64,000 nt of DNA, taken from Candidatus Levyibacteriota bacterium. Lineage in GTDB: Bacteria > Patescibacteriota > Microgenomatia > Levybacterales > UBA12049. A program made the position numbers and the translations under genes. The stretch is taken from assembly GCA_017991775.1 (NCBI GenBank), contig JAGOPV010000002.1, forward strand, positions 2,360-66,359, given 5' to 3'. Below, in pieces: positions 19,242 through 29,228 of this stretch; position 1 is the stretch's first letter, and each line of letters begins with the position of its first letter. The notes under the pieces were generated by a model. The model worked only from the letters and a program-made list of their open reading frames with translations, was not told where the DNA came from and did not search any database.

Positions 19242-20039
19242 TTACTTCCTCATTGGTTTTATGAGAGTGACGCTATTCGTCTTAATCTGATATCCACGCT
19301 CAAAGAGGCGAAAGATTGCGATCCATAGCTGACTTACTGCGAGAATGATAAGCGCGATATCAAGTCTATTGAAAAGCGCCCCAATACTTGTGATGAGCAC
19401 AAATTCTGCCTCATCGACAAAGAATATAATTCTATTTCGCAGCCAAAAGTGCTTTACAAAGCCGATAGGAGTTTTTTTCATCTCGGCATATTTTTCTCGG
19501 AGAAGTACGTACTGCTCTTTCCTGTAGGCAGAGCATTTCTCAAGGTAGGTCACATCTCTTCCAGTCGCTGTGAGTACTGTTTCAAGCTTAAGGTAGTAAC
19601 GATAATTGAAGAAGAAGCACGCTGTCATACCAAGGACGAACCATAGCGGATTCTGAGTTGATTGAAATAGCGCAAATGCTAATGAAAGTGTGACGATATA
19701 GATCTTTAGAACATCAAGTGTTTTGTCTAAATAATCACCAACCGTTGAAAATTGCTTTTTTGTTCTTGCGAGTTGGCCGTCAAGACAGTCAAGAAGATAA
19801 GCAACTGGAATGAGGAATGCAGCTAGGAGTAGATGATAGGGGAACACAATGAATAACAGGAGACAGCCTAGTACGTAGAGGAAAAATGAGAATATCGTAA
19901 CAATATTTGGCGTAAGCCAACTAATTTTGAGGGCAAGTGGTAAAAAAAGTTTATTTGCCAAAGGTGGCATGAAAAGATCTGCCCAGTTGCTGAAGAAAGA
20001 AGGTTCTACGATATTTGTTTGTTGCATTGGATTCTTCAT
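19242..20039 (-). CDS. CDP-alcohol phosphatidyltransferase family membrane protein
   Basis: D-G-x2-A-R...G...D...D motif (LDCLDGQLARTKKQFSTVGDYLDKTLD). Polytopic. Confidence 0.6.
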   Translation of the reverse strand: MKNPMQQTNIVEPSFFSNWADLFMPPLANKLFLPLALKISWLTPNIVTIFSFFLYVLGCLLLFIVFPYHLLLAAFLIPVAYLLDCLDGQLARTKKQFSTVGDYLDKTLDVLKIYIVTLSLAFALFQSTQNPLWFVLGMTACFFFNYRYYLKLETVLTATGRDVTYLEKCSAYRKEQYVLLREKYAEMKKTPIGFVKHFWLRNRIIFFVDEAEFVLITSIGALFNRLDIALIILAVSQLWIAIFRLFERGYQIKTNSVTLIKPMRK

Positions 20040-20057
20040 AGCTGATAAAAATATAGC

Positions 20058-21305
20058 TTATTTGCTTGGAGTGTTGCGGTTTCTCACCATAGAAAGGGAG
20101 AATATCTGTGGGAAAAATGGTCTATGTGATGGGACTTCAGTAGCACCCTTGAGAGGAGTGACTTTCTTTGCAGCACTTTTCTTTGTGATAGCTGTGATGG
20201 TTGAGAGTGCCATAGCTGTCTTTAACTCTCCTAAGAAGTACTGGACTTGATCTTTTGTGATTTCTCCAATATTTGCTACTTGAAAGACTTTATTCTTAAA
20301 TACGCCCTTTCCCTCGTAGATAATAATATTTCTCTTTCGAAGATTTGCTTTGAGGGCACTTGTTGAGACATTACGTGGAACAAAGACCGTCGTGATAGAT
20401 GAGGACATAACATTTTCATCTAGAAGGAACTTAAGACCCATTTCAGTCATGCCTGTTCGAAGTGCTCTGGCATGAGACTTGATCTGAGCTCTCTTTTTAG
20501 TAACACCAATTGCTAAGATATTCGCGATTGCTTGATCAAGTGCGAAGAAAAGAGGAACACCTGGCGTATTTGGAGTCTGCTTAAGGCGTCTTGCATAGTC
20601 ATAGAAAGAATAAAGATTAAGGTACATTGTCTTTTTAGGTAGATTCTTGATCTTTGCGAACTCTTTCTTGCGTCCAATTACGAGCGAAAGTCCCGAGAGG
20701 GATGAGAGTGCTTTTGATGCAGATGTACTGCAGAAAGCAATGTTCCATTTTTCAAGATCAATTTTCTCGGCACCAGCACTACTCACTGCATCCAGCATGA
20801 ATGTAATGCCGTACTTTTTAGTAAGTGCACCAATCTTTGCAACAGGATTTAACATCCCAGAGCATGTTTCATGATGTACCATGGCAATGATGTCTACCTT
20901 ATGCGTTGATAGATATGCCTTTACAGCGGCGACATCAATTTCTTTACCCCATTCTTGTCGAATTGTGGATGTATTTGCGTTATGTAACTTGGAAATATTG
21001 TAGAGGCGTTCGCCGAATTCGCCGTTTGAAAGAGTGAGGATATGCTTGTTACCAACGATAGAGGAGAGGATAGATTCATTTGCAGCAGACCCTGAACCAG
21101 TGATAACTATAGGTAAAAATTCTTTTTTGTTCTGCACCTCAAAAACATCAAGAATTCTATTTTGAAGACGTTTGAATAGTTTTTCAAATTCAAATTCACG
21201 ATGTCCAATGTCATGGCCAACAGTCGCTTCCTTGACATTCAAGGCTACGTTAATAGGTCCAGGACAAAACAATAAGTAGTTATCAGTTTTAATCATAAAG
21301 TACAA
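20058..21305 (-). CDS. class V aminotransferase (AEP/serine-pyruvate transaminase-like) with a C-terminal extension
   Basis: Fold-type I PLP enzyme: LFCPGPINV N-terminus and a Lys-containing TSASKAL region. 415 aa. Confidence 0.6.
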   Translation of the reverse strand: MYFMIKTDNYLLFCPGPINVALNVKEATVGHDIGHREFEFEKLFKRLQNRILDVFEVQNKKEFLPIVITGSGSAANESILSSIVGNKHILTLSNGEFGERLYNISKLHNANTSTIRQEWGKEIDVAAVKAYLSTHKVDIIAMVHHETCSGMLNPVAKIGALTKKYGITFMLDAVSSAGAEKIDLEKWNIAFCSTSASKALSSLSGLSLVIGRKKEFAKIKNLPKKTMYLNLYSFYDYARRLKQTPNTPGVPLFFALDQAIANILAIGVTKKRAQIKSHARALRTGMTEMGLKFLLDENVMSSSITTVFVPRNVSTSALKANLRKRNIIIYEGKGVFKNKVFQVANIGEITKDQVQYFLGELKTAMALSTITAITKKSAAKKVTPLKGATEVPSHRPFFPQIFSLSMVRNRNTPSK

Positions 21306-21783
21306 AAAGTAAGCAGTTTCAAAACCAGACGAGAAGTATAGCCCACATCCACCAAAAAGTCAATGCTATAGGACAAATATTTATTTTGAAGAGAGCGGAT
21401 GGGCGCCTCCTTGCAACCATTATGTTCGCTCAGTTCTTAGTCGTAGTTCAGTAGGTCTTATATTCCTGAAGAAATGAAGTGTCTAATTAATATTCCGATC
21501 GCTCTTTCTATTCTGGCTCTACTGATCCAATAAAAGCATTATACGCTTTTATTGCAAGATTTACTAGAGATCATTGTTAGAAAAAGGTAAGTAAGGGTCA
21601 TAAATGAGTTCAAATTTAAAGCCTATAACACTTATATTCACAGATAAAATGCTAGTATTAAATCATCTTATCCCTATTAATAGCGTAATGTATTTGGTCC
21701 TGTAGGCAAGTTCTGTTCATATAGTAGGATTGTCATGTGCGGTAGTTGTCTTTGTTTTTGAGACTAAGTAACCTCTCTTGTGC

Positions 21784-21811
21784 TTGACATTTCCCAGATT
21801 GAAGCTATAAT
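21784..21811 (+). promoter_or_regulatory. consensus sigma70-type promoter (TTGACA-16nt-TATAAT)
   Basis: Perfect -35 TTGACA (21784-21789) and -10 TATAAT (21806-21811) with a 16-nt spacer, about 260 bp upstream of the 16S 5' end. Confidence 0.6.
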
Positions 21812-21856
21812 AGCTAATACGTATGGAGTGATAAGCGATAGATAGATCTTTTGCAG

Positions 21857-21879
21857 CTCGCCCTAAGGCGAGTTTTTTT
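21857..21879 (+). terminator. intrinsic terminator-like hairpin plus U7, about 45 nt downstream of the consensus promoter
   Basis: CTCGCC-CTAA-GGCGAG followed by TTTTTTT. Confidence 0.5.
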
Positions 21880-21996
21880 ATCACTAGTTATACCATCTTG
21901 CCTCTTAAATTGTTCCGCTATGGCGGAGTTAATAAGAAGTAATTCGAACATTGACAGTTAGGAAGTGGTAGGGAATTTTAGAATTGAGACTTCCCT

Positions 21997-22022
21997 AGTT
22001 CATGCACACATGAACTTTTTTG
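21997..22022 (+). terminator. intrinsic terminator-like hairpin plus U6, immediately upstream of 16S
   Basis: AGTTCATG-CACA-CATGAACT followed by TTTTTT. Could instead be part of the pre-rRNA leader processing stem. Confidence 0.4.
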
Positions 22023-22067
22023 TCTCATTTCGACAGCAGTTTAATGGAGATAATACTCCGTTAGATT

Positions 22068-23660
<1,593 letters not shown>

Positions 23661-23952
23661 TAATTTTTTCTTCGTTCTCGCAAGAGAAGTGAAAATCTAA
23701 ATTAGATGTGGGGAAGACATAAAACTTGTGTTAAACAGGTACGTCTCGTATCTGGGTTAATCAAGGAGATGTGTAAAATGACACCAAGCGGAGTGAGTAG
23801 CGCTTGAGTAATCTCGTTATCTCGATTTATCGAGAGTCGAGTAATAGACACTTGTGTCGATTACTTGGCCACTGAGAGATTACATAAAATCTACTCTCGC
23901 CTTTCCTACCACTTCGTAACTAGTCAATCCCGCTTAGCGGGACGAGCAAATG

Positions 23953-23977
23953 ACCACCCTAATGGGTGGTTTTTTTG
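23953..23977 (+). terminator. rho-independent terminator downstream of 16S
   Basis: ACCACCC-TAAT-GGGTGGT followed by TTTTTTT. Confidence 0.6.
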
Positions 23978-24104
23978 TGGGAAATTTGTGATTTAGGCAC
24001 GAATCCTTTATACTTCACCTCAGTTATTTTTTCTCTGGTCACAAGCTGAGAGCTTGCGCGACTCACAATTGGGTGAGTAGCGTGGCTCTCGTACGAGAAA
24101 GGGA

Positions 24105-24596
24105 ATGAAAATGTCTGTTGGAAGAGCATTTCTTCCAGTCCCAAGAGGGGACAGCCGATTCTATCTGGGAAGCCAGCAATGCGAGGAGTTGCTCGCGAGC
24201 ATCAATAAGGAGTTCGCTGAAGTAAAGATCCCCTTTGTGGGATTTGGAGTTCGCCAGTGGGCAACGGGGTTCACTGTTGACCTGCCTGGCTTTACCAGGT
24301 CTGGCATTCGTAAGACGCTGGAGATCAAGTGTGAGTTTGATGAGGGGTATTTGCCCTCAATTGGCCCTTCGGCCGTTATTGTTCGGTCAGACATATCGGT
24401 TCGGACTCTTCATTTCAGAAGGGAGGGAGATTTCTTTGACGAAGTCATCTGGAAGGGCCTGGATCTTTGCCTGATTGACAGGGAACAAGAACGGGCTCGG
24501 TATCGTCCAATTACGCATAATGGCATGATCTTGTTCCATTTGGGTCCAGACGTGTCACCTGGGAACTATGTGCCCCAACTCATCCTGCCGATGTAG
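24105..24596 (+). CDS. hypothetical protein, GC-rich (foreign-looking) ORF
   Basis: 163 aa. Local GC is well above the window average. RBS AAAGGGA upstream and a TATACT -10 at 24007-24012. Its own terminator follows. No recognisable motif. Confidence 0.4.
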   Translation: MKMSVGRAFLPVPRGDSRFYLGSQQCEELLASINKEFAEVKIPFVGFGVRQWATGFTVDLPGFTRSGIRKTLEIKCEFDEGYLPSIGPSAVIVRSDISVRTLHFRREGDFFDEVIWKGLDLCLIDREQERARYRPITHNGMILFHLGPDVSPGNYVPQLILPM

Positions 24597-24671
24597 AAGG
24601 GGATCCAGTCTAAGCACCGCAAGGGTTGCAGCACCTTGGTATTCGCTGGTCGCAAGCGCGACCGTTCTCGA

Positions 24672-24714
24672 AGCACCATGGGTCGTTGCACATCAACCCC
24701 CATGGTGCTTTTTC
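24672..24714 (+). terminator. rho-independent terminator (11-bp stem) after the GC-rich ORF
   Basis: AGCACCATGGG-loop-CCCATGGTGCT followed by TTTT. Confidence 0.55.
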
Positions 24715-24785
24715 CATATCTAGCTTCTTGCGTTTGTTCTAGCTTCGAAGCTATGGTAAAATCCAAGCAGGCTAATTCTTTACGT

Positions 24786-24857
24786 GGCGCGGTGGCGAAG
24801 CGGTAACGCAGGGGTCTGCAAAACCTCCATGCACGGGTTCGATTCCCGTCCGCGCCT
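24786..24857 (+). tRNA. tRNA-Cys (anticodon GCA)
   Basis: Cloverleaf by eye: acceptor GGCGCGG/CCGCGCC, D-arm GCGAAGCGGTAACGC, anticodon loop CTGCAAA, T-arm ACGGGTTCGATTCCCGT. No encoded CCA. Confidence 0.75.
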
Positions 24858-24897
24858 CTCAAAATTCTTTCAGAATTTTGGCAGAACTTAAATTTAT

Positions 24898-25296
24898 ATG
24901 GAATTAAATAATAAATTCGATAATTATGAGTCAGATGATGGGTATAGTGAGAAGAAGCTTGATAAGAGTACTGATCTTGTAAGTGGGCAGTGGCTAGATC
25001 TGAGTAAGGGTGCGAGTGCTTTGGTCAAAGCTCCAACAAAGCAGAGTGTCTCGGGTGGAAAAAGTAGGCTGCAAAAGCTTGTTGAGTATTCACAGTCACT
25101 GATGCGAGAGATCGATGGAAAAGTGAATGAATATGGGGATGAAGCACGTGAGAATAAGGATCTTTCGAGGCTGGCAAAGGAGATAGAGAAGCTTCAGTCA
25201 AAGCTGCATACGATTCTTAGATCAATCCAGTTTGAGCAGAAAGGCACGCTAGATATCACGAAGCTTCCCAAAGAGGCACAAGATTTGGTAAAATAG
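24898..25296 (+). CDS. hypothetical coiled-coil protein
   Basis: 132 aa, Lys/Glu-rich and helical. No recognisable motif. Confidence 0.3.
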   Translation: MELNNKFDNYESDDGYSEKKLDKSTDLVSGQWLDLSKGASALVKAPTKQSVSGGKSRLQKLVEYSQSLMREIDGKVNEYGDEARENKDLSRLAKEIEKLQSKLHTILRSIQFEQKGTLDITKLPKEAQDLVK

Positions 25297-25355
25297 CCTT
25301 CTAGTAGTTTTGCAGACGTCTGCGGGACTGCAGCACTGCATATATGCAGTAAAAA

Positions 25356-25427
25356 GGGTCGTTAGTTCATTGGTAGAACGCTTCACTGATAATGAAGAGG
25401 TGGATAGTCCGATTCTATCACGACCCA
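25356..25427 (+). tRNA. tRNA-Ile (anticodon GAT)
   Basis: Acceptor GGGTCGT/ACGACCC, D-arm GTTCATTGGTAGAAC, anticodon stem CTTCA/TGAAG with loop CTGATAA, T-arm GATAGTCCGATTCTATC, discriminator A. Confidence 0.75.
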
Positions 25428-25466
25428 CCCCGCTTAGCGGGGTGATGACCAGCTTAGCTGGTCCAC

Positions 25467-26825
25467 CTACGCTTTTAGTTTCATCCAGAATTCGTCTTGG
25501 CGGCAAAGTTCTTTCGCATCCTCTTTATTCTTAAGAATCATCTTTACAGCTTCTTCTAGAAAGATTGTATTTTGTGAGCCCTTTGCGAGCACGATAGCAT
25601 TTTTGACTAAATTATCTTTGAGATATTCACCTGCGCGAGTTGGTCCATCAAACCAGCGTATTTCTTTAAAGCTACTTTCTTGTGTCTGAACGATAGGCAA
25701 GATAAATTCTCTGGTCAGAGGGCCAACGAGATAAAGGTAATCCACGACTCCAAGTAGCATCTGTGCGACAGCCTCATGTTCAATCTTTGCTTCTTCACCA
25801 AGTTCTCGCATATCACCCATGAGAAATAGTATTGGTCTACCCGTGTCTTTTTTAAGTGTATCAATCAGTAAGAGAAATGCCTCGATAGAGACTTTGGACG
25901 CATTATAGGTGGAGTCGATAATGTCAGAGTTGTTGATCCCTGCAAGAAGACTTGAGCGGCCTTTTGGAGAGACATAGTTAGTCTCAAGAGATGTTTGGAT
26001 TTGAGACAGGGACAGGCCTAATTCAAGTGCTGCCAGAATACTGGCTGCGAATACTTCTCGATATTCTTTTGGAAGAATAAGCTTTGGGAAGCTCAAAGTA
26101 ATTAGAGTTGGTTTGGCGTTATGAGTCTTCACATATAGGCCAAAGTTCGTTCCATCAAGCGTGACAGTGTGGACTCCATATGAAATATCATTGGTGCTCT
26201 TGCTTCCAAAGGAGAGAAGCTTGGTGGAGGTGGGTGTTTTTTGTTTGATGATTTCTTCTAAGTTCTTATCATCTGCGTTATATATCCCGACTTTGCAGCC
26301 TGACTTAGTAATTATTTTTGTGTCCTCTTCAGCAATCTTCCTGACAATCATGTCTAGTTTCTCCTGCTCGCCGATTGCTGATTGCCGATTGCTGAGTGCT
26401 TTCTCAAATTGCATAGTATGAGTCGCTGTAGCGTTGAGTGAAATGGCAATTGTTGGCTTCAAGATCGTGAGCAGGTACTCCATATTTTTAGGTGGATATG
26501 GGTCATCTATTCCCATCTCTGCGATCAGATGCGTTGTGCCTTTTAGAAAATTGCCTTGAAGTGGAGATTTGGCCAACATTTTTGCCCAGTCCAGCGTGGA
26601 GTACGACTCTGGCTTCATGCCTAAAATCCCAAGTGGAATACCGGTCTCTGAGTTGCCAATTGACTGTGTAGGAAAGTGGTCTTTAAGGATCGCCTCAAGT
26701 GCGTTGCGAGTGGATGATTTACCTACTGATCCAGCTATGCCAATGATGGCTGGCTTGTGTGTTTCAAGGGATCGCTTTGCGAGAGTCCTTAGATATGAGA
26801 GAGTAGCATTCTTGGCAAGATTCAT
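25467..26825 (-). CDS. murF: UDP-N-acetylmuramoyl-tripeptide--D-alanyl-D-alanine ligase (MurF-like Mur ligase)
   Basis: Mur ligase P-loop GIAGSVGKSS, GRSS...IDSTYNASKVS (MurF GR...IDDSYNANP) and LMGDMRELG (MurF LGDMLELG). Confidence 0.65.
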   Translation of the reverse strand: MNLAKNATLSYLRTLAKRSLETHKPAIIGIAGSVGKSSTRNALEAILKDHFPTQSIGNSETGIPLGILGMKPESYSTLDWAKMLAKSPLQGNFLKGTTHLIAEMGIDDPYPPKNMEYLLTILKPTIAISLNATATHTMQFEKALSNRQSAIGEQEKLDMIVRKIAEEDTKIITKSGCKVGIYNADDKNLEEIIKQKTPTSTKLLSFGSKSTNDISYGVHTVTLDGTNFGLYVKTHNAKPTLITLSFPKLILPKEYREVFAASILAALELGLSLSQIQTSLETNYVSPKGRSSLLAGINNSDIIDSTYNASKVSIEAFLLLIDTLKKDTGRPILFLMGDMRELGEEAKIEHEAVAQMLLGVVDYLYLVGPLTREFILPIVQTQESSFKEIRWFDGPTRAGEYLKDNLVKNAIVLAKGSQNTIFLEEAVKMILKNKEDAKELCRQDEFWMKLKA

Positions 26826-26828
26826 ACA

Positions 26829-28208
26829 TTGATTATATCAGGTATAATGTCCACAAGTTTTCAAACACATATGACTTATAAAGAAGCAATATCATATCTA
26901 GAATCGCTCATACCAACTGAGAGAAATGTTCATTTAAATGTTAATCCACTTGAACGAATGAAGGCACTTCTGTCTGAACTAGGTAATCCACAGAGTAAAT
27001 TTGTTTCAGTGCAGGTGAGTGGCACGTCTGGGAAAGGATCAACTTCATATCTTCTGTCACATGTGTTAGCGATCGCAGGATATAAGACAGGGTTGAGCAC
27101 CTCACCTCATCTTGAGCGAGCAACTGAGCGAATGAAGATAAATGGTGTAGAAATAACTAAGGATAGATTTGTTGAACTTTTACAGGAGGTAAAGATAGCT
27201 GCCCAAAAGGTAACACAGACATCATTGGGTACGCCGACATATTTTGAGGCACTTGTTGCAGTTTCATTTCTATATTTTGCCAAAGAGATGGTGGATATTG
27301 CCGTGATTGAAGTGGGCCTTGAAGGGAAATATGATGGCACAAACACGCTCATGCCAGTTGTTGGGATTCTTACCAATATTTCGATTGATCATGTTGAGTA
27401 TCTAGGAGATACGACTGAAAAGATTGCACATGAAGCAGTAAGTTTTATAAAGCCTGGAATGAAAGTTATCACTGGCGTTACGCAGGATGAGGTGCTCAGC
27501 ATCGTGCAAGAAGCCTCAGAAAGAGCACAAGTAGATCTGGTGGTGCTAGATGATTGCGTAAGTCTGGATGTTAAGAGTTGCACCTTGAAAGGCTCCTTAT
27601 TCTCATTTAAGAGCAATGAGCGTACCATCTCAGAAATATTATTATCCATCGTTGGAATGTACCAGGTTGAGAATGCGTCCCTTGTACTTTTGGCGCTTGA
27701 GGCACTAGAGAAGAAGGGATTTAAGGTCACGGAGCAGGATATCAGGGAGGCATTCGGATCCGCATCATTTAATGGACGATTTGAGCATTTTATAGTAGAT
27801 GGTACAACTATCATTTTAGATAGCGCACACAACGAGGCCAAGATGAATGCGTTTACAGGAGAGCTTGAGAGGCTCTATCCAGAGCGAAAAAAGATTTTTA
27901 TTTTGGCGTTTAAAAAGGCAAAGAATCTACACCCGATTTTTGAAGCAATACATACTAGCGCAGATGAAGTAGTATTCTCTGAGTTCCATGTTACGATTGA
28001 CACAAGTAAGAATGCGACGATGGTCGCATCTACCGTTGCAGAGGTCTACAAGACAACATACCCTGGATCAGTCACTTATGTTCAGTCCACCCCAGAGGAT
28101 GCATTGTATGAGGCGATCGATTTGGCGAAGAGTGGAAATGGGCTAGTGGTCATTACAGGATCGATGTATCTTGTTGGTCAGGTCAGGTCAATATTGTCCA
28201 AGGGCTAA
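26829..28208 (+). CDS. folC: folylpolyglutamate synthase / dihydrofolate synthase
   Basis: P-loop VSGTSGKGST and TSPHL motifs of the FolC / Mur-ligase family. Confidence 0.7.
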   Translation: MIISGIMSTSFQTHMTYKEAISYLESLIPTERNVHLNVNPLERMKALLSELGNPQSKFVSVQVSGTSGKGSTSYLLSHVLAIAGYKTGLSTSPHLERATERMKINGVEITKDRFVELLQEVKIAAQKVTQTSLGTPTYFEALVAVSFLYFAKEMVDIAVIEVGLEGKYDGTNTLMPVVGILTNISIDHVEYLGDTTEKIAHEAVSFIKPGMKVITGVTQDEVLSIVQEASERAQVDLVVLDDCVSLDVKSCTLKGSLFSFKSNERTISEILLSIVGMYQVENASLVLLALEALEKKGFKVTEQDIREAFGSASFNGRFEHFIVDGTTIILDSAHNEAKMNAFTGELERLYPERKKIFILAFKKAKNLHPIFEAIHTSADEVVFSEFHVTIDTSKNATMVASTVAEVYKTTYPGSVTYVQSTPEDALYEAIDLAKSGNGLVVITGSMYLVGQVRSILSKG

Positions 28209-28215
28209 ATTCCTT

Positions 28216-28623
28216 ATGCTGACACAATCAAATGAAACATTTTTTACCTGTATTGGGTGTATGGACGGTCGTGTTCAGGATGTAGCTGCTCTATTTGGAA
28301 GGAAAGAGTTCGGGGCAATCTATGCTGACGCTATAACAGAGGCAGGAATGGTTGGAATTCTTGCAAAAGAAGATATAGAGCCTGCCTTTGCGGCATCTTT
28401 AAAATATAAGATTGTGGATGTTTCAATAGGAGTTCATAAGTCATCTGGGATTGTTGTTCATGGTCATACAAAATGTGCGGGCAATCCAGTAGAGGACAGT
28501 CAGCAAAAGAGTGATATTAAGAAATCAGTTCACTATATTCAGTCATTTGTGGATATTCCCATTATTGGACTATTTATCTATAGAGGAAAAGATGGCAAAT
28601 GGATTGAAGAAAGAATAGTCTGA
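28216..28623 (+). CDS. hypothetical small protein with a CxDxR ... HxxC motif (possibly beta-carbonic-anhydrase-like zinc site)
   Basis: CIGCMDGRV and HGHTKCAGN. Too short for a canonical beta-CA. Start taken at the internal Met after folC. Confidence 0.3.
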   Translation: MLTQSNETFFTCIGCMDGRVQDVAALFGRKEFGAIYADAITEAGMVGILAKEDIEPAFAASLKYKIVDVSIGVHKSSGIVVHGHTKCAGNPVEDSQQKSDIKKSVHYIQSFVDIPIIGLFIYRGKDGKWIEERIV

Positions 28624-29217
28624 CTAGAAGTTCACGATAGTTCCGCTAAATGATTTCAGGAGGCTAGTTGTAATATTGGTAGAGCCTTTTCTCCCCAAAA
28701 TAAGTGATTTTTCAAGAAGAGTTATTGGAGTTGAGTTGGTTCCCGCTGGGGCAACTGGCGTAAAAGTGAGCGTTGCTACTACTCCCGTGCCACTCTTGAT
28801 AGACCCTAAATTTCCAGAGGTCACTAGATAGGTGATCCGACCGGTCTTAGTATTGATCCCTCCAACAGGTAAGACGATGGGAGACTCAAAGAAAGACCCA
28901 GGCTTGAGAGTCATATTCGTGAGAAGTGCTGGGTTGTACGCTATTTCAAGCTGAACAGTCGTGATGGTGTCTCCATGAGTATCGATCATAACATCCACTG
29001 TGCGTGCTGCAGTGCTGGCTGAAGTTGGGAGTGATGGATTGGGCATCATTGATAAGACTGATGCGCCCTCGACTTTTTGAGTTGGAAGAGCCGTTTTTGC
29101 GCTGGGTTCATTAGTCGCTTGATCCTTTTGTGATTGATTAGCTGAAATTGCTACCCAAACAAGGATGATTGTGAGAATGAGGAGTGTAAGTATAAGTGAT
29201 AATGTTTTTTTAGACAT
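28624..29217 (-). CDS. hypothetical secreted / membrane-anchored protein
   Basis: N-terminal TM or signal peptide MSKKTLSLILTLLILTIILVWVAI. Sits upstream of the giant surface protein. Confidence 0.35.
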   Translation of the reverse strand: MSKKTLSLILTLLILTIILVWVAISANQSQKDQATNEPSAKTALPTQKVEGASVLSMMPNPSLPTSASTAARTVDVMIDTHGDTITTVQLEIAYNPALLTNMTLKPGSFFESPIVLPVGGINTKTGRITYLVTSGNLGSIKSGTGVVATLTFTPVAPAGTNSTPITLLEKSLILGRKGSTNITTSLLKSFSGTIVNF

Positions 29218-29228
29218 AATTTAGTATA

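Noticed and set aside
24105-24596. Idea that the 163-aa ORF after 16S is an rRNA-intron homing endonuclease
   Set aside because: No 23S sequence surrounds it and it has no LAGLIDADG, GIY-YIG or HNH motifs. It has its own promoter, RBS and terminator, so it is treated as an independent foreign gene instead.
24566-24862. 98-aa minus-strand ORF
   Set aside because: Overlaps the tRNA-Cys gene and the terminator of the upstream gene on the opposite strand. It is Arg-rich, as expected from antisense GC-rich DNA.
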